A stretch of 64,000 bases of DNA from Octopus sinensis (Eukaryota): contig NC_042998.1 of NCBI RefSeq assembly GCF_006345805.1, positions 178,064,001-178,128,000 on the forward strand, given 5' to 3'. Below the pieces are notes generated by a model. The model was not told the origin of the DNA, did not search any database, and saw only the letters and a list, made by a program, of their open reading frames with translations. Both the position numbers and the translations under genes were made by a program. Below, piece after piece: positions 12,507 to 24,765 of the stretch (positions within the stretch are counted from its first letter, which is position 1; each line of letters begins with the position of its first letter).

Positions 12507-13410
12507 GAACTATTAAAAATAATATAGCTGATGTAACGAATGATATATTTGATAATAATGAGATGTTTGTTACGTTAAACAAAAATGACAAAAGTCGATT
12601 GAAAAGATTTCACAAATTTCAGTTACAGCTTTTCGATAAGAACTGAAAACACCTTCAAAAGTGGAAACAGATTGTTTCATGTGTTACTTAGCATGTAAAA
12701 CACTAAAAGATAAGTATATTGTAAAGGGTTTACCTTGAAATGCATGAACATTATAAGTGAAGTGAAACGGTTTCAGATGAGAATCAAGTTGGACTGGCAG
12801 ATTTGTCTCACCGTGAGTCTACTGTTGTACCTGCGCGTACAAAACGGTTCCGGTGACAATCTTGGGTTTGTCAAAAGTAATTCTGACCTTATGTTAAGCA
12901 AGATAGGAATTAGGAATTACAGTCGGTTCGTTAAAATCAGCTTCCTGAAAACCTTAAACATTTCCCCATTTGTACCCTTTTTCATTCAGATATTTTACTA
13001 GTTTCATATATTGCAGTGCGGTGATGCCGAGGCAACATCTTTAAAAAAAATCAGTCCTAGTGTTTATTTCACTGTAGTAGTATTTATTTATTTTATCGAT
13101 CTCTAATTATCAATGACTGTTTTTTTGACAAAACACAATTTATATTTAACCGATGGTGTTTTGTCAGACATAAAGAAACACGAACACAGACACACAGAAA
13201 CACATACACACACACATATTTTGAATTTGGTCGTATCAGTTTATTGATACTCTGAGATTCATACAAACAAACATACATACATACTTAAGAACATGTGTGT
13301 GTGTGTGTGTAGAGGACTTCCATCTACCAAATTGTCATGTAATATAATTGAACCCGGAAAGTGAAAAGTGAGTCTCTACAACGCACAACCACGGTTGTGC
13401 CTATGATATA

Positions 13411-13973
13411 TCTATATATATAAAACTGTAGTTGTGTGAGTGTCTGTATCCTACGATTTAGATTCCTAACTACTCCTACATTTTGCGGTGCAGTTTAACC
13501 AAATTCGAGTATCTTATAGTCGTGATTCATATCGAGCCCGTCTGGGTATTAGCGCGCGTCTATGATGAGTCTACGATTTTAAAAATAATTTAACATCATT
13601 TTTTTCCATTTTAACGCATATTTTTTCGTGTGTCGATGGCAGCGGAGTTGGCGTCCATGGTCACACCTGCACCTGTGTTGCTTCTCCCCTTTCTTCCCTC
13701 CCTCGTGAAGCTGTGGGGAAGGGAGTGTAAGGAAATCAACGTCGTAAAGCGTTGTCAAGGAGACCAGCGTTCTTTTAGAACAACGACTTCATGGCTTGAA
13801 GACACCAAAACAGAAAATGTCTACGATGAGTCAACGATTTAAAAAAAATTTACCATCATTTTTTTTCCATTTTTAATGCATTTTTTTTTGCTATTTTTTG
13901 GCTATAACTCACTAAAAATGCTTATATAGTTATTTCCCTTACAAACCCGAGCAACGCCGGGCGATACTGCTAG
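13411..13973 (+). mobile_element. Non-autonomous Helitron, copy 1
   Basis: Inserted between A and T; 5' TCTATATATATAAAA; 3' hairpin CCCGAGCAACGCCGGG (13946-13961) followed by CTAG (13970-13973). Confidence 0.9.
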
Positions 13974-16225
13974 TATATATATAAAATCTTCATTGTCGAT
14001 TTTTCCGTGATAGGCAGCGAAATGGAAGTTATTAAGGAGTTGGGTAGAAATACGTTGTATTATTTGTTTTGGCTTTCTTAGTTCACTTACGGTTGGGGTT
14101 GATAAGTAAAGTATCAGTACTGGGAGTAGGGATTGATGGTATTCGTTCTAGTTCTTTGCGTTCTGATGACAAAACCTCTGATGACACTTATTCCAAGCTG
14201 TAACTACCGTTGTCTTTGCCTTGGACATTATTAGTAACCTGGAGAGAGGAAACTCCCTTCTTCACGTTACCGCTGTTGTCATTCGTCTTAACTTGCGCCT
14301 TGAAGAGTAACTGCCCAGTTGTAGATCAATGGTCTAACGAGGCTTATAGAGATCCCGAACTGTTTCCTGTGAGTAAATCTATTTTGTGACTTTGTTACAA
14401 AATATTAAGTAAATACTATTTACTTTACTAAATAGCATATTTTCGTGCTTTTTAAAAAAACCTCTGTTATTGAAATTGTAAGTTAAACACTTTGTAACTA
14501 TTAATGTTCCTAAAAGATTATGCTTTTGGTATATGCTATAAAAAGTAAAGACAAAAAGAAACTGAAAATAGGGTTTGCTTGGTTTTGACAAAACGAATCA
14601 CTGTATTAAAAATATTAAGTTTTAAACAATATTTTAATACTTTTCTATATGGGGAAAATAACGATAAGAATTAGCAATAAGTCAAACTAGCGAACACACC
14701 TTCACCACCGTACTGTTAAGTTTAGCTTTGTGGAAATGGATTTATGTCAGTACATTTGTAATGTTTATATTCGATAGCGAGGAGCACTGTAAAGTCCGCA
14801 TAAATATTTCTATGAAAGTTGAAATTCATTCATTTCATCTCCGTCCTTATTCAAATTCTACGAAAAATAATAAGAAAATGTTTATTATTACCCCACATAT
14901 TGAAGAGTCACAAAGGTACATCGCGTTAAGAACCATGAGTATGTTTGCTGTCACGATGGTCGTGCTGTTCTCTGAGTAAGACATTAAAATATCAGTATAT
15001 GTACTTAATAGCATACTTAGTAAAATACCATGTGATATTGGATATTTTATTCTATCTAATGTTGTCAGTGTCGATATAAAATTCACCTATGGGAAAATAT
15101 AATTGCGTGCTTAACGTTTCAGAGCAATTAAAATATTTCGCACGGCACACTTATCTAACGTCCTTAGAAAGATATGAGCATCATAAATATCCAATCATTC
15201 ACTCTCTTAAGCATAAAGTCATCGCATCCAGTCAGAACAAATCCAGTATATTCTTTGCATCGCATTTACTATCGGTGAAAACATGGCATATTTCAGCAAT
15301 TGATCTATTAAACTGTAGAAAATTTAGATTATCTTAGACCACATGTTGTCCCAATCACAATGACCTAATAAAATGGAAAATAAGAAAATCGATCTGGAGC
15401 ATAATACTTATCCCATTACAAAATAGCATCAAAGAAATAACAAAGCTTGAAATAAAGAAGTAAAAAAAATAGAAAGTTACTTCATGTTATCATTAAAGAT
15501 ATAGCAGGCACTAAAATAACTTTTGTGTTTGTACAAAAATATTCAATTTCGTTTCCTCCGTGCAAAATTAATACAGTATGGATACAAGGCAACGAGTTAA
15601 CCGAAGGCAAGGAGGAAGAAAAGAAAATTACTTGTCATTTTGATGCTTCAGCTACTAAAATATCATGCATGGTATGTGTTACAGACATGCTATTCATGTA
15701 TTGAAGGTAATGGAGTTATGTTGGAATAGGTAGGTAGATGAATTAGGACAGGAATTTCCTTTTCTTATTTATAGTGTAGGCTCCATTTGTAGTGTAATGA
15801 ACTTGTCCACTTTTCATATGATGCAAGGAAACTACAAAACAACCACACATAATAACTTGTGCAACAATTTCGACCACAATAACAATTGATTTTGATTTAG
15901 TCTTTCTTTGATTTATTATTTACCTGGATTTCATCTCTTTTAGCGTTAGATTTTTACAGGAAAAAAAATTGTAATTGATGCAGTTTCGTTTTCTCGGAGC
16001 GAAATTCATACAGCACCACCAGATGCTAACAATTATTTATGTTACAAATCTCTTTCAAAAGCAGTACAAAATGTCATGTGGTAAAAGACAATTTTGCACA
16101 TTTTAACTATACAGGCCCTTTTATCTCTATCTTCATTTCTCTTCATAGCATTGCAAATCAATAAAATACTCATTAGTGTTTCAGTGCTGTGACCCCTCGG
16201 AACAACGAAACGTTTCTATACATTA

Positions 16226-17062
16226 CTAGCAGTATAGCCCGGCGTTGCTCGGGTTTGTTTTTTAGTTGCGCTTAAAACAGCAAACTTTGATGTCGCGTTA
16301 ACAAAGTTTTGACATAGTTTCAATCTATGAATAAAAGTATAGTGTGGCGATGCTCGAGTTTGCTCTGAATGTGCTGCAAATGTGTAATGCCGACTTCATT
16401 TGTTGGTATTGTTGGTTAATATTCCTTCTATTAACATTATGTCGAAAAAAAATAGATTTAAAGCAAAATGAAGCTCAAGTTCCGAACTGCACTGAAAATC
16501 TATTAAGAAGTTAATACTGCAACAGTATTCATTAAGAAAAAGTACAGGTAAAATCCAAAACGCTAGTAAGAACAGTTTGTGGTTACAAAAAAACCCCAAA
16601 ATGTTATTTTGAAGCCAAACGGGTGGGCAACATGAATCGTGGTTGTACCTGTAAAATGAATAAAATCGACTATTTTACGTCACGTATAACTAAAAAAATC
16701 TGTAAAATCAAAACATACCCATTGAAGGTTTGAGTTGAACATCGTAGATAGTAACAGCATGCAGATCGCACTTTTTTTGGTTGAAATACACCGAAGAATG
16801 GCGATACAGCAGTCAAGAAAGCCTAAAAAATAGGGATTTTCATAGAAAAAAAAAGCACTTTTGGATGTAAATAAGTTTTGGTCTTAACATGGTGCGATTT
16901 GAATTTTTTCTTCTACAGAATAAAGAGCAAGCCTTCTTCTATCATACTGTCAATTTTGGTCAACTTGCGCCGTAGGGTCTCGGAAGAGATAGTGTTAGTT
17001 GAAGGCTCCCAAACCTGCCACACACACACACATAGACAACTTCAGCTTTATATATATATAGA
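16226..17062 (-). mobile_element. Non-autonomous Helitron, copy 2 (different internal sequence)
   Basis: Minus strand A|TCTATATATATATAAAGCTG at 17062; same 3' hairpin and CTAG|T at 16226. Confidence 0.85.
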
Positions 17063-17399
17063 TTCATAACCAAATAGATGCAGCTACTTGAAAAACAAGC
17101 ATCTTGATCATAAGCATACTGCTAGGCAGGTGACAAGAAACGAACTACCAACTGTTCAGTTGGTTATTCAATGCGCATTCAACTTTGCCGACTGCAAGTC
17201 ATAATCTATTTTTTTTAACCAATTCGAGTATAACAAACTAAAAATAAGGACAGAGATGTCGAGATAAGTATGATAGCAGCAGAAGGACTTAAACAAAGGA
17301 ACAAGCTAGTAAATTAATTTGACATTTTAAGCAGACTAGAAGTAAACTTCTTATCACAGTTCTATATTTAAGAGGTGAAGATTTATGTACATTATTTAC

Positions 17400-18540
17400 T
17401 ATTTACATTTGACGGATATTTGTCCTCATCTTGTTTGTTGTTAAAACAGCGTTTCGGCTGATATACCCTCCAGCCTTCATCAGATATCTTGGGGGTAAAT
17501 TTCGGACCTGGGTTTTCATTCTTAAGGTATTTTCTGTGTAAGTATTATTGTTCAGGTCGCTGCCTAGAATCGAACTCGGATTCTTGGGTTTAGTAGTAAC
17601 CACTACGCCATGTGCCCGTGGGCAATTATGGAGTGAATTTTAGGGCATATAAATCTAATATTCTCCTATCCTTCCTTAATACTGGTTCCCATATGCTACT
17701 CATATCTGCACTTGGTCTGTTTAGGAGGTTGTTGTGTCCAAGCATATGTGCTGTTTCTTTTAGTTTTCGTATTTTCTAGTGGTGTTCTCCGTCTATTATT
17801 TTAACTTCATCCCACAGGGGAAGGTGGTCTTCATTTTTCCATATATGATCAGTTATACCCGATTTATCAATATTTCCTCGCGTCACAGCTTTGCGATGTT
17901 CCTCTACCCTTATTTTGAGGGGGCGGCATGCTTCGCTTTTGTATAACCTATCACAGCTGCATGGGATGGAGTATCACAGTTTTTGGACATATTATCTTCT
18001 ATTGGTGGTTTTACTCGAAGTAGGTGTTTGCGAAGTGTTGTATTACTCTTGAATACTGTCCTGATGTCATATGGGTCGCATATCTTTTGTACCTATTCAG
18101 AGTGGCCTTTCACATAGGCTAGGCAGACTGTGGACAGTTTATTGGTTTCATCCTCTCTTTTCTTCATAATTGGAGTGGATAGTATGTTTTTGGGGTAGTT
18201 GTTGCTTGATAGATTGTTACTGAGCTTGATCATTTCTTTGTGGTGGGTATCACGATCACTACTTATACTCTTTGCTCGATGTTTTAGGCACTGAGCAATC
18301 CCTCTCTTTACACTGTATGGATGGTGGGAACTGAAGTTGAGGTATCGTCCAGTGAAGATCGGCTTGCGGTATACGGATGTCCTGAATCCATACTTGGTGC
18401 GTGTTATCAATACATCCAGGAATGATAGCTGATTGTCTTTTTCCTTTTCCATTGTGAACTGTATGAATGGCTTTATTCACATGATCTAACAGCACTTCGA
18501 CATCTTCCTGGTGTAACCAGTGTATAATAGTGTCATCAAC
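17400..18540 (-). mobile_element. 5'-truncated Penelope/Poseidon-type PLE: RT thumb, GIY-YIG, pLTR with tRNA-like segment and HHR
   Basis: ORF 18093-18452 has FTMEKE..LSFLDV..YRKP..YLNFSSHHP; downstream IPCSCDRLYKSEACRPLKIRVEEH..DHIW; (ATGTAAAT)-type tail. Confidence 0.9.
17443..17488 (-). ncRNA. Minimal type-I hammerhead motif (helices I and III mutated)
   Basis: CTGATGA-A-GGCTG-gagggtatat-CAGCC-GAAAC-GC-T; perfect core and 5-bp helix II. Confidence 0.7.
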
Positions 18541-18879
18541 ATATCGCAGCTATAGGGTTGATCCTATAGGTTGATCCTAAAGTTGTGACACGAGGAGATA
18601 TTGATAAATCGGGTATAGCTGATCATGTATGGAAAAATGGAGACCATCACCCACATCTCTATTCTCAATTTTGAAGAGGAAAGAGAGGCAAACCTAAAAT
18701 AGTCAATCATAACAAAAGCGATCATTATTCTCGTTTACAATACTGAAATTACAAAGAAATAAAACAGCTGAAACCAAGACAGATTTCTTATAAATAGAAC
18801 TGTAGTTTACTTTTCTAGTTAGTTTCTTTTTTCTGGCCATTTTAATTACTTGAAATACAAAGTTCCAAATTACGTGAAA

Positions 18880-20136
18880 TACAATGCAGTCTTCCCATTT
18901 TATAGTAGCTTGCATATGTCATTATTAGAAATCTCAAGAATCTTAAAGATGGATATTTTACAAAGAGGTTACGCTCAACTAACAGCATTAGAATTTTCTA
19001 AATGACCATCTGAGAATTTTATGTTCTCATATACGACGAAGTAATTATAGCAAATCTTAAAATAACAAGAGCCAATATGAAAATTAGCAGAGGTAAAATA
19101 GCGTCAGGTGCAAAATCCTACTACGGTGAAAATGTAATTGAAATATTGTAAATTGGATTCATGATTAAAACATAACATCCTTTAGTAGAAAACTTGAATA
19201 AAACATAGTACTGGAGTAATGAATTAAACAGTAGGTAAATGAAACGAAACCAGTAAACTGACAATTCGAAAGTAAAATCTTCAATCTAAGGACAAAGCAC
19301 GATTTTAGTACAATAATCATTTCTCTATATGCTGACAATGGAACGCATTCTGTAATGGAAATGACATTTCTGTTTTATACAAGATGGCTAAATAAGTAAA
19401 ACATCAAACGAAACGAGGAGTGAATTAAATTATATCTAATCAAAATTGTGATCGTGACGGTGCACACTTTCTTTGAATGGAAATAAAAATTCGACAAAAT
19501 ATTCAAAACTGAAATAATTCAATCATCCACAACACACTAGACCAAAAAGCGAACATATTTAAATATTAGAAAAAAATATGCCTCAAGAACTATTAGCACA
19601 ATGTAATTGATCACCTTATTAAAAAGTACTACCATGAATTAACCTTGGTATTTGTTCACAAAATATATAGAATAGGTAATTATGCAAACCATTTGTATAG
19701 AGTTTTAGAACCAGTGCTTTACATTTAGAATTGCTAGTTTACTAAGTTCATTTTCTTTTCATAATCTTAAATATATTAATTTAGTAGTGTCTTTCATTTA
19801 AATGTTATTTGAAATGATATTATTTCTGGAGCATTATCGAGTTTACAAAATTTCAATTACACTTTCATCGTTCAATTACACTTTGCACATGGCGTTATTG
19901 TGCTTCGTGCAATTTTCCCGGTAGCTCTTGTTATTTACTCCTTAAGTTTTGATACAATTACGTTGATGTACTTGAGAAATGAAAATTATCATGGGTAATT
20001 TAGGATATATTGATTCCGCTACCGACTTAAAACCTACTTTTTAGTAAAATGTTTCTCAGTAGCATCGGTGGGTTTTTAATAGCGTTATTATATATTGCAC
20101 AACTATAAAAATAGAAGACTGCATTTTTCAAATAAT
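18880..20136. repeat. Old foldback element with ~280-bp diverged inverted arms
   Basis: 18880-19160 aligns by eye with the reverse complement of 19835-20136 (e.g. aataacaagagc, tgaaa(a/g)tgtaattgaaat(a/t)ttgtaaa, aatgcagtcttc). Confidence 0.65.
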
Positions 20137-20314
20137 AGACAGAGAATACCACTGGAAAAATACGAAAACTAAAAGAAGCAGCACATATGGTAGGACACAA
20201 CAATCTCCTAAGCAGACCGAGTGCAGATATGAATAGCATATGGAAACCGGTATTAAGGAAGGATAGGAAAATATTAGATTTATAAGCCCTAAAATTCATT
20301 CCATAATTGCCCAC

Positions 20315-20378
20315 GGGCATATGGCGTAGTGGTTAAGAGCGCGGACTACTAACCCCAAGAGTTCGATTCCAGGCAGTG
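20315..20378 (+). promoter_or_regulatory. tRNA-like internal Pol III promoter within the PLE pLTR
   Basis: A box TGGCGTAGTGG (20322-20332) and B box GTTCGATTCC (20361-20370); counterpart on minus at 17567-17610. Confidence 0.75.
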
Positions 20379-21719
20379 AGCTAAATGATAATTATAATAG
20401 TAATAAGAAGAACGAAAAATACCATAGGAATGAGAACGCAGTTCGAAATTTCACCAAGATGAAGGCTGGAGGGTATATCAGACGAAACGCTGTGTTAATA
20501 ATAAAGATGAGGACAAATATCCGTCAAATGTAAATAATGAACTTCTTATCACCTTTTGAAAGGCTCGTTTAATTCTATATCGCAATGATTATGTTTCATT
20601 TGTCATAAACTTCACACTTATCCTACCTATATCGAAGAATTCTTAAACAGTAGAAAATACCCGGGAAACTTATCTGGTTTCGAATTTCGTGTTTAACAAT
20701 TTCACTTCGCTACGTTGTTAATATCACAACAATAAAAAAGCATGATTTCCTCATGATCCCTTCCCATTTCATTTCGCAGATATGTTATAATTTTGTTCAC
20801 ATGTATTAATCTAATACACACACACACACACACTCTCTCCACCAATCTATCTATGTATCTATCTGTATCCCCCTTATTCTCTCTCTATCCTCCCTCACTT
20901 TCTATCCCATCTCTCTCTCTCTCTCTCTATCCACTCTCTCACTATCTTCTCTCTCTCTCCCTCTACGTTTGTATTTCAGTTGATAGCTAATAGAGAAATT
21001 ATTGTTGTCGCTGCTATCAGCTCACCGCCTTCAGCAGCAGCAGCAGCATCGTCCTCATCTTCATCCGCGTCCAAATCGTCGTCGTCATCGTCTTCGGTAG
21101 TCGTCGTTGTTGTCGTCGTCGTTATTATGTTGAAAGCTTGTTGAGTATAGCTTTGTTAAATGGATCTACTTTGCATGTATGTTTTAGGTAACCTTCGTAA
21201 TCAGAGCAATCCAACATCTGCGCATTTCTTTCGTTTGACTTAGTAGCCGTTCCCCTTATACTAGAAACATCTAAATGTCGCATGTAGAACTGATCTGTTG
21301 TTCATCGAAAATACCACCACATTGTGCTTCTTTTATAGGGATGAGTAGGTAGTTTTAATTTGTTTGGAGACCATGGCGACAGATGTTCGTTGGACGAGGC
21401 TAAAATGATTTAGAGCAGACATTTTCTTTTCGGAAAATCTCGCATCGTCGTTTTCAAGTTCCACTTGGGAAGGAAAGCTGAATGGGAAGAGGGAAGTACT
21501 GCCATTCAGTGACATTATCAAAAGGTGGACGACTGTGGCGAAAATGCACCTGTAGATCGCAGAACTGCAGTTGGGTAAGGACACATGGTTAAAGCGATGG
21601 GATTTTTGATTGGCTCTAGTTGAAAGTTTTCCTGAGCAGGTGAGCTGAGTTGTATCAGCAACGTATTCAATATATTCTTTCTAACTTTGGCAAAGGGCCA
21701 GCAGTTTTGAGAGGAAGGG

Positions 21720-21860
21720 AAAATCAATTACACGGACCTCAGAACTTGACTGATATTTTATTTTATCAACTCAGAAAGGACAAGACAAAGCTGACCTCAG
21801 CTGGAGTAGAACTCAGAATGTAACGAACAGAAAAATGCCACTAAGCATTTTGTTCAATGA
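21720..21860 (-). mobile_element. Old family A SINE fragment
   Basis: ttttatcaactcagaaaggac..aaagctgacctcagctggagtagaactcagaatgtaacg..ctaagcattttgt. Confidence 0.6.
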
Positions 21861-22399
21861 TTGCGTGCAACCTAAATATCCATCTATTATTACACTTTGT
21901 ATACAATTTATCTTATTCTCTTCCTGTTTCCGCATCCATTTTATGTAAGATACTCTACCCACACAAATTGTAAACTCTGTTTGTAACGTCCTCTTCAACC
22001 GACGCCCTTCTGCCAAATTTTAAAAAATCATCATTCTCACCATTGTTCTTTGTAGTCCTATTTTAATTATAGGTTTAAATTGCACCACCGATCGCATCTC
22101 TATGAGAGTTAGGTGCGTCAGTGTTGTTTTGTTTTTGTGCTTTCTATTGTATTGAAAGTACTTTAATATATATGTAGTGCCTATTGGTGTTATTTTCTAT
22201 TGGTGGATATTTCTATGTCCCGAGGTTTTGGTTATGCTTGTCTTTAGTCATTCCCAGTACTTATTTGCTATAGGAATAGTGTTTATTTTCAATTTTCACA
22301 TTCTCTATATTGGGATAACTCATCCTTTTAAACATATTCTCATCTGATATTTTGATCATAAAACATTTCTATTTGAAATGGCCGTTTACAAATAATATC

Positions 22400-23300
22400 C
22401 CATCGACAAGCCCTGTTCATCTTGTCTCTGTAAATTAGAATATCTCAGAGTATGGTCGTCATTTACTGAGACCTTTTCTGATGTACATTTATGCCATCTG
22501 TTTTTCTGTAAACATTTCCAAATATTGATATAATTTCCATAATAGGTCAAACTCTAATACTTGTATTTATTCCCTTTTAGCTAAGACTAGTTGTGCAGGA
22601 ACAATACGATAGTTCCTTCACAGTTTCAAAATTGTAATTACTTTTTCTGTTATTCATGATTATAATGTTTTGTTGTTTTTTTTTGTAGTTACTTGTGAAA
22701 AGGCTTTGTTTTGTGTCACAACCAAAATGTTTGCTTTCTCATCGAGTTTCTTTATCCACCACTGCTTTGTTCAGTCTTCTCAGGTAATGAATACGTCTGG
22801 AATATTCTTGCCATTTTTTACTCCTGTTTTCAGTTTAGCGCCTCCACTTATTTCCGTTATTGTTTCTCTATTTTCATCACATCTGTCTGCTAGATTAAAT
22901 TCTATTCATATTTGAAAGCAGAAAATTTTTTTTTTCATATTCTGCATAAATTTCCCTCCAGAATTTACCAAATATTTTTGAAGTCCTATATGTTATTTAA
23001 TACTTTCTAGCAGAAGATACACGTCTCTCCTGTATTCTTGGCCAATATAATCTCTGTCGGATTTGGGGTGTGAATTCTGACTATAGTCATTATTTTTCTT
23101 GCTTTCTTGTCCAATCCTGTTATTTCACTAAGGATCCAACTTCAAATATTCTAGTTATAACCTATTACCAAGAGAGTTAGTTTATTGATACCTATTACGT
23201 TTATATATTGCATATTAACCTTATTTTAAGAATAAAATTAATGCTTTTCTATCAGTTATTTGTATGTAACAAGTCAACTCCATGCTCATACCCTTCTTTT
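22400..23300 (-). mobile_element. Very degraded R4/Dong-like non-LTR retrotransposon fossil
   Basis: Manual translation W..SEITGLDKKARKIMT..HPKSD and INKLTLLVIGY..W, matching the R4-clade post-RT region. Confidence 0.5.
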
Positions 23301-24765
23301 CGCTTCTACAGCCTTTTGTTATTGCATTGTTAACATTTGATATTTAGAATCACATGAGTCCTTTCAGCTTCCCTTCTACCCTTAGGGACTTACTCTTATT
23401 TTCCGTGAAATCGTCTATTCACTGTAATTGCAGTTAACATTTAGTACACTGCCGACAAGTAGACATGCAATATCTTTCTGGGTTTGCTGTTTCTTTTGTG
23501 TTGGGGATCATATTAGTTTTCTTCTGATTGAGACATTAGCTCTATCAATAAATTATTAAATAATTTTGATAATATATTATGAATGCTTTTTAAATATTTC
23601 AATCAAAAGTTTATAACTTTATCTCTACTTGCTGTTTTCCAGTAGTTCGTTTCTTGTGGCGTCTTGGTTACTTCTCGAACTCTAGAATAATTTGATAAGC
23701 CTAGTTGCAATGAAGAGTAAAGAATCTGATATTTCGAGACCTTGTTTTTTCCCTGATAGTGAGACAAAAAAACAAAACAAAAGAAAAAGAGAACATGCTA
23801 TCAGTTTGGTCCACACAGTCGAAGAGCAGAACATGGAACCGGAATGTTACATAAAGCAATGGAATTGATATATATATATATATATATATATACATAAATG
23901 AGGATGAAAAATTAGATATTAATTTAATAATACCGTCAGTATATATATATATATATATATATATATCTTCAGTAATTTTCCTCTCCACTAATAGTTTCGA
24001 TGCAGACAGTTACTCCCACGATTGATCAGCCGTTAAACTTGTTTGGAACATTCGTTTCCGCGGTGTTTCTCTCGCTACCGGTAGTCCTCATCACGAGAAT
24101 TTCATAGTTTCTGTTTCTGTTGCTGCTGCGTTAATTTGCATCAAAGTCGAATTCTTCTGCTTTTCATACAACCGAATTATTTGTAAATTACTGAGGATTC
24201 CTTGCTTCAGGTGTTCTTTAATTGCAGGTAGTATCTCTTGTTATGCAATATTTCCATAGCATTTGTCACTTTTTTTTCACTTGCGTTTTTCTCTATTGAT
24301 TTTCCTAAGAAATATTTTCTAATCTTTATTTGTACATTCGTGATCTATGTTGCTTCATTGACTCCGGTAGACTTGTATTTATATATAAGGAAACGTTTAC
24401 GTTCCTTTTAAATTACTATGCTTACTGCACTTACTATTTTGCTTATTCTATCCATATCAAACTTCGCATCTAGTTTCATAACGTCTATTCTTACTAAATT
24501 TGTTCCTTTTCATTGTTCTATTTCATCTTTAAGTTTCTCGTTTGTGAACTGCAGGACTTATCAATTCATATTACCATATTCAGACTTAACATATTTTAAA
24601 TGTTCTCTTCTTAAATTGTTCTAATTTTATTCGTTTTCGTTTGTATGGCTATGCTTTGTATGGCTATGCTTTAGACTCCCGAGTTTTGTAATTTATTTGG
24701 TTTGTTTCGCATGTGTTTGGCATATCTCCATAGCTTACAGGTTCAACGCTCATTCATGTATATAT

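Larger units (their letters stand above)
18581..20540 (+). mobile_element. Inverted partner copy of the PLE 3' end, in two pieces (18581-18655 and 20139-20540) separated by ~1.5 kb
   Basis: 18581-18655 encodes VTRGDIDKSGIADHVWKNGDHH; 20139 resumes at KIIDREYHW.IRKLKEAAHM and continues through the same 3' UTR, tRNA-like segment and degenerate HHR as 17400-17810. Confidence 0.85.

Noticed and set aside
14150-14260. Two CTGATGA motifs and a downstream GAAAC
   Set aside because: No helix II or helix I/III pairing can be built.
14900-14985. Possible signal-peptide exon MSMFAVTMVVLFS followed by gtaag
   Set aside because: Too short and unsupported; expected by chance in 64 kb.
21000-21720. GC-richer stretch with a gtaag donor-like site
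   Set aside because: All frames closed or unrecognisable; may be UTR or regulatory DNA but I cannot support it.
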